DNA of 32,000 nt from positions 1 through 32,000 of the forward strand of contig JANWHL010000016.1 of the NCBI GenBank assembly GCA_025450405.1. The letters run 5' to 3'. Made by a program: the position numbers and the translations under genes. Positions within the stretch are counted from its first letter, which is position 1, and every line of letters starts with the position of its first letter. Below, in pieces: positions 24,165 to 32,000 of this stretch. This stretch comes from Ktedonobacterales bacterium. GTDB taxonomy: Bacteria; Chloroflexota; Ktedonobacteria; Ktedonobacterales; JADMIN01. The notes beneath the pieces were generated by a model. That model searched no databases, was not told the DNA's origin, and saw only the letters and a program-made list of their open reading frames with translations.

Positions 24165-25817
24165 GTGAAGAAAGTCACCGTCGAACGTCCATCAAAGAGC
24201 GAAGCGATCCTCACCATCGAGCTCGGGTGGGATGAGCTCGAGAAGGCCTCGGAACGCGCGTATCGCGAGCTCGCTCAGCGCTACAACGTGCCCGGCTTTC
24301 GCCGCGGGCACGCCCCCCGCTCGATGCTTGAGCGTATGCTCGGTGGGGAATCCCTCTACGAGCACGGCCTTGAACACCTCGTCGAAGACAGCTACCGCGA
24401 AGCGATGCGTGAGAACCACCTCGCGCCGCTGGGGCAGCCCGACCTCGAAACGCCCCCCATGCGGCCCAATGAAGATTACACCTTCACGGCGCGCGTTCCC
24501 GTCGCGGCGCCGGTGGAGCTTGGCGACTTGGACGCCGTACGCGTTGAGCGGCCGCGCGTCGAGGTGAGCGAAGCGGACATCGATCGGGTGGTCAACGACC
24601 TGCGTGAGCAGCAAGCGCTGTGGATCCCCGTCGAGCGTCCGGCCACGGTCGGAGACCAGGTGATCGCCGACCTCAAGCTCACTGTCGGCGACCGTGTCAT
24701 CAACGACCTCCAGGACAACCCGTTCGAGCTGACGGATGAGCGCGCGGGCGTCTTTCATGGGATGGACGAGCACCTGATCGGGATGTCCGAAGGCGAGTCC
24801 AAAGAGTTCACGACCACGATTCCCGAGGACTATGCCAACACCGAGCTCGCCGGCCAGGAGGGCCACTATGTCGTGACCCTGAAGGGGGTCAAAGTCCGCG
24901 AGTTGCCCGAGATCGATGATGAACTGGCCAAAGCGTCTGGTGAGTTTGACACGCTCGGTGGCCTGCGCGAGGGCATCCGTGATGAGCTCCGTGAGCGCCG
25001 GGAAACCAACGCCGACCGCGACTTCCGCGAGCGGGTGCTCGCGGCCGTTGCTGACCAGGCCGAGGTCGAGATTCACCCGATCATGGTCCGCGAGGAAGTG
25101 GACGCGATGGTGCGCGAAACGCGCAACATGCTGGAGCAGAGCCACTTCGGGCTGGAGCAGTTCCTGTCGGCCAGCGGTAAGACCGAGGAGGCCTACCGCC
25201 AGGAACTGGAGCCCGAGGCCCGCGCGCGTGTCAAGCGCAATCTGGTGCTGCTGGCCATCGCCGAACGTGAGGGTCTGACCGCGACGGACGACGAGACGCA
25301 GGCGTGGCTCGACGTGCTCGGCCGCGTCGGCGGCAAGCGGCGTCGCCTGCGTGACCTGAGCCGCGGCCAACGCGAGTTCATCGCGGAGCGCATCCGGCGT
25401 GAGAAGGCCACCACGTTCGTGATCGACGCCGCCACCGCGCGAACGGCCGCCGAGGCCGGAGCGGCGGCGGCGGCGCGCGCCGGCGCGGACGAGCCACCCG
25501 CGGACGAATTACCCGCGGACGAGTTACCCGCGGACGAGTCATCCGCGGCGGCGCGCGCCGACATGGCGGAGACCATGGCCAGCCCTGACGAGACCGCCGC
25601 GCCGGCCGCGGCGCCGGAGACCGCGACTACTGAGACTGAGGCGGCCGCCGCGACCGCGGACGACGGCGGGGCCAGCGCACCCGGTGCACCCAGCGATGGG
25701 GAGACCACGCCGACCGAGGGAAGTGCAACCATTCCAACTGAAGCGATAGTGAGCGAATCCACGATGAGCGGTGAGGCCCCGGAGGGGACCATGGCCGCGC
25801 CAAAGGGGGGCGCCTGA
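24165..25817 (+). CDS. tig: trigger factor (ribosome-associated chaperone/PPIase) with long acidic C-terminal tail
   Basis: Lies in ORF 24129..25817(+). I prefer the GTG at 24165 (GGAGGA upstream), giving [20 protein letters not shown]. It has the ribosome-binding signature [19 protein letters not shown] and typical TF domain order. It lies directly upstream of clpX and lon. Confidence 0.9.
   Translation: MKKVTVERPSKSEAILTIELGWDELEKASERAYRELAQRYNVPGFRRGHAPRSMLERMLGGESLYEHGLEHLVEDSYREAMRENHLAPLGQPDLETPPMRPNEDYTFTARVPVAAPVELGDLDAVRVERPRVEVSEADIDRVVNDLREQQALWIPVERPATVGDQVIADLKLTVGDRVINDLQDNPFELTDERAGVFHGMDEHLIGMSEGESKEFTTTIPEDYANTELAGQEGHYVVTLKGVKVRELPEIDDELAKASGEFDTLGGLREGIRDELRERRETNADRDFRERVLAAVADQAEVEIHPIMVREEVDAMVRETRNMLEQSHFGLEQFLSASGKTEEAYRQELEPEARARVKRNLVLLAIAEREGLTATDDETQAWLDVLGRVGGKRRRLRDLSRGQREFIAERIRREKATTFVIDAATARTAAEAGAAAAARAGADEPPADELPADELPADESSAAARADMAETMASPDETAAPAAAPETATTETEAAAATADDGGASAPGAPSDGETTPTEGSATIPTEAIVSESTMSGEAPEGTMAAPKGGA
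25485..25544 (+). repeat. four tandem 15-nt units inside the tig 3' region (encode [20 protein letters not shown])
   Basis: The units are GCGGACGAGCCACCC / GCGGACGAATTACCC / GCGGACGAGTTACCC / GCGGACGAGTCATCC, starting at 25485, 25500, 25515 and 25530. Confidence 0.8.
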
Positions 25818-26106
25818 AGCACTGAGTATCGCGAGGACCTCGGAACCGCGTCCCGGTGATGCCATCGCGCCGTCAAGTAGGACCATTGGTTCCCATGGGA
25901 CGACGGGCAACACCCCGGAAACGCGCACCAGAGCGGGGCGCGCCCCACGGGCGAGCAACAGGACGATGATACCGCGGGGATCTTCCCGCGTTCTACACTG
26001 CAACCGAAACGGATGGCCTGAGGACGGCGAGGGCACGGGCCACCACGGGCGGGCCCGGCCGTTGGCCCCGCGCTCCGCGCGGCGGGCACGAGGGGATGGT
26101 GACAAC

Positions 26107-27381
26107 GTGGCGAACACGAAGGGTACGCGCTTGACCTACCGCTGTTCGTTTTGCGGCAAGAGTCAGGAGCAGGTTCAGCGCCTGATCGCCGGACCTGGCG
26201 GGGTGTACATTTGTGACGAGTGCATCGACCTCTGCCGGGAGATTATCGAGGAAGAACAATCAACGGCCAAGCCGCGAGTCGCGACCGGCAAGCTCCCGAC
26301 GCCGCGTAAGATTTACGATCAGCTCAACCAGTATGTCATCGGCCAGGAGCGCGCCAAGAAAACGCTCTCGGTGGCTGTGTACAATCACTACAAGCGCATC
26401 AACTCCGGGATGCAGATCGATGAGGTGGAGCTTGGGAAAAGCAACATCCTGCTCATCGGGCCGACCGGCTGTGGCAAAACACTCCTCGCCCAAACGCTGG
26501 CCAAAGTCCTGGATGTGCCGTTTTGCATCGCCGACGCGACCGCGCTCACCGAGGCCGGGTATGTGGGCGAGGATGTTGAGAACATCCTACTCCGCCTGAT
26601 CCAGATGGCCGATTTCGACGTTGCCCGCGCCGAACGAGGCATCGTCTATATCGACGAGATCGACAAGATCGCTCGTAAGTCCGACAACCCTTCAATCACC
26701 CGCGACGTTTCGGGCGAGGGCGTCCAGCAGGCCCTCCTCAAGATCATCGAGGGCACGGTCGCCAACGTTCCACCTCAGGGCGGCCGCAAGCATCCCCATC
26801 AGGATTTCATCCAGATCAACACGCAAAACATTCTCTTCATCTGTGGCGGTGCCTTTGAGGGGCTCGACAAAATCGTCGAGCAGCGACTCGGCAGCCACAA
26901 GCTCATGGGCTTCAAAGCCGCCGTCGAAGAAACGCCCGAAATGAGTAACGACGCGCTCGCGCAGGCTATCCCGGATGACCTGCTCAAGTTCGGCCTCATT
27001 CCCGAGTTTGTCGGCAGATTGCCGATCACCGTGGCCCTCGAAAACCTCGATAAGTCGGCGCTTGTTCGCATTCTGACCGAGCCCAAGAACGCGATCATCA
27101 AGCAGTATCAGAAGTTGCTCCACCTCGACCGGGCTGAGCTGGTGTTCACCAACGATGCTCTGGAGGCGGCGGCTGATAGCGCGCTGAAGCAAAAAACAGG
27201 CGCGCGCGGCCTGCGGACCATTGTCGAAGAGGTCCTGCTCGATGTCATGTTCGAGCTGCCATCCCGCGCGGATGTCAAGAAAGTCATCATCGACGGCGAG
27301 ACTATCGGCCGTCGCAAGCCTCCGCAGATGGTGACGCGCGCCGAGGCGCGCACTATCGAGCTGGAGGACGAATCGGCCTAA
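26107..27381 (+). CDS. clpX: ATP-dependent Clp protease ATP-binding subunit ClpX
   Basis: GTG at 26107. N-terminal zinc-binding motif CSFCGKSQ...[10 protein letters not shown], Walker [16 protein letters not shown], Walker [10 protein letters not shown] and the pore/IGF-region context LMGF. Confidence 0.9.
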   Translation: MANTKGTRLTYRCSFCGKSQEQVQRLIAGPGGVYICDECIDLCREIIEEEQSTAKPRVATGKLPTPRKIYDQLNQYVIGQERAKKTLSVAVYNHYKRINSGMQIDEVELGKSNILLIGPTGCGKTLLAQTLAKVLDVPFCIADATALTEAGYVGEDVENILLRLIQMADFDVARAERGIVYIDEIDKIARKSDNPSITRDVSGEGVQQALLKIIEGTVANVPPQGGRKHPHQDFIQINTQNILFICGGAFEGLDKIVEQRLGSHKLMGFKAAVEETPEMSNDALAQAIPDDLLKFGLIPEFVGRLPITVALENLDKSALVRILTEPKNAIIKQYQKLLHLDRAELVFTNDALEAAADSALKQKTGARGLRTIVEEVLLDVMFELPSRADVKKVIIDGETIGRRKPPQMVTRAEARTIELEDESA

Positions 27382-27534
27382 TCCCCGCCCCGCGCCGGCG
27401 ACCGCGCGGCGCCCTCCATGGCGTCCGTTCGCGGTGGCCCAGCCGCCGCCGTGCCCACGGCACTCAGATTGGCACGCAAAGTCAGGCACAGCGGCGTACG
27501 CGCGATGGGTATCTAGCTAAGGATTACGGACGCT

Positions 27535-30165
27535 ATGGAAGATCGACCGGTCGGAGAGCGGGAGCTTGACATCACCCAGGAGCACGCGTCTGAAGAGCGC
27601 GCCCACGAGGAGCCAGCCGTGCGAGAGTATCCCCTCGTCCCGCTGAAGAATACCGTCATCTTCCCGCGTACTCGCGTGAATCTGACCATTGGCCGGGACA
27701 AATCGGTTCAGGCCGTTGAGGTGGCGAATAAAGAGGGGCGGCAGTTCGTGGCCGCCACGCAGCGCGCCGCCGATCTCGATGACCCCGCCCCGGACGAAGT
27801 CTTCGATACCGCGACCCTCGTCGAACTCGTCCAATTCCAGCCGCAGCAAGACGGGACGATTCAGATCAGCGTCGAGGGCCTGCGCCGCGTGCGGATCGAG
27901 GACTGGATCGAACGCGATCCGTATGCGCGTGTCGCCGTGACGCGTCCCGCTGAGCATACGCCCACCGGCCCGCAGGCGGACGCGCTCGTGCGCTATGCCG
28001 TCAATCTCTTCGAGCGCTACACGCAACTCAACCGGCGCTTCAGCGCGGACGACGTGGGCTCCGTTACCGGGCTGCGCAGCCCGGCTCGCCTCTCGGACAT
28101 GCTGGCCGCGCATGTGATCAACGACTACAAGGTCCAGCAGGACTTGCTCGAGACCCTCGATCCGCTGGTGCGCCTGGAAAAGATCACGTTGAGCCTTGGC
28201 AATGAGATCGAGATCCTCGAGCTCGAGGCGAAGATCCGGCAGCGTGTCCGCCAGCAAGTGGACAAGAACCAGAAGGAGTACTACCTCAAGGAGCAGCTGC
28301 GCGCCATCCAGGAGGAGCTCGGGCACGACGTGGCCAATGAGATCCAGGAACTGCGTGAGCGCATGGAGCGCAAAGGCTTGCCACCGGAAGTGGATGTCAA
28401 GGCGAAGAAGGAACTGGACCGGCTCGAGCGTATGCCCCCGCATTCCGCCGAACTTGGTGTCCTGCGCAACTATCTGGATTGGATCCTTGCGCTCCCCTGG
28501 CAGGACCGGACCGAGGACCGGCTCGATATGGACTTTGCGCAGCGCGTGCTCGACGACGACCACTATGGGCTTGATAAGGTCAAAGAGCGCATCATCGAGT
28601 TCCTGGCTGTGCGCCAGCTTCGTCTCCAGTACGCCGAGCGCCAGCGGATCGCCGCCGGGGACGTGGCGAGCGTGGATACGCTCGGCGGGCGCAATGGCGC
28701 CCACAAGGGCCCGATCCTGTGCCTGGTGGGCCCTCCCGGCGTTGGAAAAACCTCGCTTGGCCGATCGGTCGCACGGGCGCTGGGACGCAAGTTTGTGCGC
28801 ATTTCGCTCGGTGGTGTGCACGACGAGGCCGAAATCCGCGGTCACCGGCGCACGTACGTTGGCGCGCTGCCCGGGCGCATCCTGCAGGCGATGAAGACGG
28901 CCGGCGTCAAGAATCCGGTCTTCCTCCTGGACGAGATCGACAAGCTGGCATCGGACTATCGCGGTGACCCAGCGGCGGCGCTGCTCGAGGTGCTTGATCC
29001 AGAGCAGAACAATACCTTCACGGACCACTATCTCGAGGTCCCCTATGACCTCTCCGAAGTGTTCTTCATCTGCACCGGCAACAATCGCTACCAGATCCCG
29101 CGACCGCTAGCCGACCGCATGGACATCATCGAGATTCCTGGCTATACCGAGGAGGAGAAGATCGCCATCGGCCGCAATTTTGTGCTGCCGAAGGTGCTGG
29201 ATGAGCACGGCCTGGCGCGCAATCAGGTCCAGGTACCCGCCGGCGTGATGCGCTACGTCATCAATCGCTACACGCGGGAGGCCGGCGTCCGAGGCCTGGA
29301 ACGCCAGTTGGCCACGGTCTGCCGCAAGGCGGCCCGGCGCATCGTCAGTCATCCAGATGCTCGCGTTCGGCTGACTGACAAGAATGTCGAGCACTATCTC
29401 GGCATCCCGCGGTACACTCCGGATCGTGCGCAGGACCGTGGTCTGGTGGGGGTGGCTACTGGCCTGGCCTGGACGGAGCATGGCGGAACGCTGCTGCCCG
29501 TGGAGGTGGTCACCATGCCGGGGAAAGGCAACTTGATGGTGACCGGCCAGCTGGGCGACGTCATGCAGGAGTCGGCGCGCGCAGCCCTCTCATACATTCG
29601 CTCGCGTTCCGACGAGCTGGATATCGCACCGTCTTTTAGCGACAACCTCGATCTCCACATCCACCTCCCCGAGGGCGCCATCCCCAAAGATGGGCCGTCC
29701 GCCGGCATCACCATCGCGCTCGCGCTGATCTCCGCGCTCACCCGGCGCCCGATCCGCAGTGATCTCGCGATGACCGGCGAAATTACCCTCCGGGGGCGAG
29801 TCCTGGCGATCGGCGGTCTCAAAGAGAAGGTGATGGCGGCCCATCGCGCGGGGATCCGCAACTTGTTGGTTCCCAGCGAGAATCGTAAGGACCTGGCTGA
29901 CGTGCCGCCGAAAATCCGCGCTGAGATGGAATTCACGATGGTGGAGAACATGGACCAAGTGCTCGACGTCGCGCTCCTTCCACCGGAACCCGACCTGGAC
30001 GATGGCGAAGGACATGACCCCGAAGAGTTCGGCGGGGAAGCCGACGTGCCCGGCGACGAGAACCCGTTGGTGGGCGAGCTGATTCCCGGGGGCGAGCCCG
30101 AGAGCCCGATGCCGCCGCTGGGTGGGCTGGACATGCCGGCCGAGCAGGACGTGCCGCGGATGTAG
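27535..30165 (+). CDS. lon: ATP-dependent Lon protease (endopeptidase La, LonA type)
   Basis: N-terminal LON domain (YPLVPLKNTVIFPRT), Walker A LVGPPGVGKTSLG, Walker B VFLLDEIDKL, the catalytic Ser context PKDGPSAGIT and the Lys context GGLKEKVMAAHRAGI. Confidence 0.95.
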   Translation: MEDRPVGERELDITQEHASEERAHEEPAVREYPLVPLKNTVIFPRTRVNLTIGRDKSVQAVEVANKEGRQFVAATQRAADLDDPAPDEVFDTATLVELVQFQPQQDGTIQISVEGLRRVRIEDWIERDPYARVAVTRPAEHTPTGPQADALVRYAVNLFERYTQLNRRFSADDVGSVTGLRSPARLSDMLAAHVINDYKVQQDLLETLDPLVRLEKITLSLGNEIEILELEAKIRQRVRQQVDKNQKEYYLKEQLRAIQEELGHDVANEIQELRERMERKGLPPEVDVKAKKELDRLERMPPHSAELGVLRNYLDWILALPWQDRTEDRLDMDFAQRVLDDDHYGLDKVKERIIEFLAVRQLRLQYAERQRIAAGDVASVDTLGGRNGAHKGPILCLVGPPGVGKTSLGRSVARALGRKFVRISLGGVHDEAEIRGHRRTYVGALPGRILQAMKTAGVKNPVFLLDEIDKLASDYRGDPAAALLEVLDPEQNNTFTDHYLEVPYDLSEVFFICTGNNRYQIPRPLADRMDIIEIPGYTEEEKIAIGRNFVLPKVLDEHGLARNQVQVPAGVMRYVINRYTREAGVRGLERQLATVCRKAARRIVSHPDARVRLTDKNVEHYLGIPRYTPDRAQDRGLVGVATGLAWTEHGGTLLPVEVVTMPGKGNLMVTGQLGDVMQESARAALSYIRSRSDELDIAPSFSDNLDLHIHLPEGAIPKDGPSAGITIALALISALTRRPIRSDLAMTGEITLRGRVLAIGGLKEKVMAAHRAGIRNLLVPSENRKDLADVPPKIRAEMEFTMVENMDQVLDVALLPPEPDLDDGEGHDPEEFGGEADVPGDENPLVGELIPGGEPESPMPPLGGLDMPAEQDVPRM

Positions 30166-30356
30166 CCCAGGGTCGCGCTGATCGGTTTCCCGCCGGCACG
30201 CCCGCATCGCCGGGCATCTGGACGAGGCCTGGCGCATGGGTGCTGTGGTGTGCGCCCTGGACGACATAGCCCCGGGCAAGCGCCGATAGCGTGGAGGGCG
30301 ATCCGTGCGAATGCGACCGCATCTAGTCCCAAAGCGTGGTGAATCGTGGCGCCTTT

Positions 30357-30411
30357 CAGGCGCCTGAAGACGGGCCGGGCGTCCACCGGACGCCCCTACG
30401 AAGCCGCCGGC
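30357..30411. repeat. dispersed copy of the REP-like element seen at 1580-1634
   Basis: 48 of 55 positions are identical to 1580-1634 by manual ungapped alignment, including the perfect core GGGCGTCCACCGGACGCCCCTAC. It is preceded by the hairpin GGCGCC-TTTCA-GGCGCC (30348-30364) and lies in the convergent gap between lon and the permease remnant. Confidence 0.7.
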
Positions 30412-30469
30412 GTGAACTTCGCTGAATCGGTATGCGCAGGACGCGCGCAACGTGTCCACGTTGGCCGTT

Positions 30470-31159
30470 CTACGGCCGGATCAGCAGCACCGGACACGGC
30501 GCGTGGTCGGTGACGTAGCACGCGATGTGGCCAACGAAATGGGGACCCGGCGGGGGCGGGGCGCCCACATGCCGCCGAGCTCTAACCACTACCAGCTCGG
30601 CGGGCCAATCCCGCGCCGCCAGGACGATCTCGCGCTCGGGCTGGCCAGCCACCAGCGCCGGTGACACGGTGGCCGGGCTGGCAACGCTGGGGATAGGGGG
30701 ACTGGGCGGTGCGCCGCTGATGGCCCTCAGCCGGGCCGCGGCACGCTGGAGGATGGCCTCGCCCGCGACACGGTCCGCGTCCTCAACGCGAGCGCGCCAG
30801 GTGGCGTCGTTCGAGAACAAGGTCGAGATGGCCGTCCCGAGCAGCAGGACATTCAGGAGGAGTCGGCGCTGGCTGCCTCCGGCCAGCGCCGCTGCATGCG
30901 CCGCCGCCCAATCGAATAAGCCGGAGCGCTCGACCAAGGCGGCGATGGCCATCAGGCCAAGGAAGAACAGGAAGACGTCCCAGTTGGCCGTGAGGACGCC
31001 CAACGCCTGGAGCGGTGAGACGATGCCAAGTAGGAGCATGGCCGCGCCACCCGCCAGGGCGGCGGCGGCTTAGTTCAGTCGGCGCGGGCGCACCATCACC
31101 AGGGTGAGGGTCGCGCCAAAGATGACCAGGGCGGCCGCCAACCACACGGGCGGAGTCAC
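30470..31159 (-). pseudogene. decayed ArsB/NhaD-superfamily permease fragment, interrupted by an in-frame TAA and fused to a universal-stress-protein (USP) C-terminal remnant
   Basis: The reverse strand from GTG 31157-31159 reads VTPPVWLAAALVIFGATLTLVMVRPRRLN-TAA(31070-31072)-AAAALAGGAAMLLLGIVSPLQALGVLTANWDVFLFFLGLMAIAALVERSGLFDWAA...LGTAISTLFSNDAT. This is the conserved N-terminus of ArsB/citrate-transporter-like permeases, all in one frame. After SNDAT the permease sequence stops. A USP-like tail follows (GQPEREIVLAARDWPAELVVVRARR...HIACYVTDHAPCPVLLIRP) with a degenerate G-x2-G-x9-G[ST] ATP motif. Confidence 0.55.
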
Positions 31160-31599
31160 GTATGCGCGGGCTGGTCGCCAGCGTCGACAATCGCCAGGCG
31201 TGGCCGGAACCGCGAACCGTCGCCCTCGCGTATCGCGCGATCGGCCAATGTCTCCCACGGGACGAGGTGTGAAATTTCCCCGGACTCTTGCAGGTCGATC
31301 AAGTGCCGGAGCGCGGTGGGCATGTCGCGTGTGGTGAGCACGCGGAACCAGCGCCCGCCGGCGATGTCCAGGCGGTAGACGGTATACCGCGTCGCCGGGC
31401 GCGCGTGCAGACTGGCGACCTGGCCGCGCAGCGCTCGAGTGATGGCGCCGTGAATGGCGTCGAGATGGAGCATGATTTCGCGGTCGCCCTCGGCGTAATC
31501 GTCCGTGGTGAGTGTGTCCCGAGCCTCGGCGCGCAAGCCTTCCAACTCGCGCAGCCGAGCGCGGGCGCGGGCAATGAAGGCTTCCTGCTCGGGCGTCAT
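31156..31599 (-). CDS. hypothetical protein (147 aa)
   Basis: Lies in ORF 31156..31749(-). The ATG at 31597-31599 is preceded by GAGGGGAG. The stop overlaps the GTG of the permease remnant as GTGA (31156-31159). No recognisable motif is present. Confidence 0.45.
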   Translation of the reverse strand: MTPEQEAFIARARARLRELEGLRAEARDTLTTDDYAEGDREIMLHLDAIHGAITRALRGQVASLHARPATRYTVYRLDIAGGRWFRVLTTRDMPTALRHLIDLQESGEISHLVPWETLADRAIREGDGSRFRPRLAIVDAGDQPAHT

Positions 31600-32000
31600 C
31601 GCGATGATCTCCCCTCGTGTGCTCGCCTCGGTGGAGGCCGAAGGGCCGCCATCACCCTTCAGTGTAGCACCTGCATGGGTGGTCCGGCCCACCACGGGAC
31701 GGGTGGCCAGCGCGCGACACGGGATGTACACTGCCCACAAGGTGTGCACCGCCCCAGGGCAACGGCGCGCGTGTCCAGGGGCGTGGAGATCCGTGGGCGG
31801 CCAGCACGGGAGGGATGCCAGTGAGCACCGACGCGACGTGTGAAGGCGTGGGGCCGTTGACCTTCACATGTATATTCACGTGTCGTGGGCGCGCCGCGAG
31901 ATGACGAACCTCGAACGGGCGTTGTCCGCCCACCGGGCCATGGAACGATATTTCGCGGCTGGCCGGGGTCTTTATCGGCAATCGCACCCGGTGCGGCCAG

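Noticed and set aside
25818-26106. A hidden or frameshifted clpP between tig and clpX.
   Set aside because: The gap is only 289 nt. None of the frames in the supplied track shows ClpP-like sequence or room for a protein of about 200 aa.
27455-27480. A sigma-54-like TGGCAC element (TTGGCACGCAAAGTCAGGCAC) upstream of lon.
   Set aside because: The -12 element (TTGC at the correct 5-nt spacing) is absent. Only the common TGGCAC hexamer matches. No CIRCE/HrcA-type heat-shock operator was seen either.

Overview
This is a high-G+C bacterial chromosomal window. Genes have strong GGAGG-type ribosome-binding sites and many GTG/TTG starts. I support about 26 protein-coding genes, one tRNA-Leu(UAG), one decayed permease/USP pseudogene and a family of GC-rich palindromic (REP-like) repeats. 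I see no CRISPR array, integrase, transposase or rRNA.

Gene order, left to right:
- Flavin monooxygenase (partial), LLM-type oxidoreductase and a cupin.
- A REP-like hairpin array.
- An oxyanion (molybdate/tungstate-type) ABC transporter operon that ends in a PadR regulator.
- An mntR-mntH manganese uptake pair.
- A small GIY-YIG protein downstream of an XRE-HTH/NB-ARC-type/TPR STAND protein.
- DUF3237-like, NmrA-like and Baeyer-Villiger-type monooxygenase genes.
- An HD + ParB/Srx-like fusion protein downstream of an XRE-HTH/NACHT-like/HEAT-repeat STAND protein.
- A small signal-peptide ORF, a helical TPR-like protein and a GH20 hexosaminidase.
- tRNA-Leu, then tig-clpX-lon with no clpP.
- A degraded permease/USP remnant and a hypothetical gene.

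The most interesting signal is an architecture that occurs twice: an HTH-STAND NTPase with a repeat sensor, followed on the same strand by a putative nuclease/phosphohydrolase gene. The two instances are 8477-11484 and 14858-19423. The second has an unusual HD-ParB-like partner and sits beside an exported-peptide/TPR pair. I do not recognise it as any named system. All functional calls rest on motif recognition in the supplied translations; no database search was possible.
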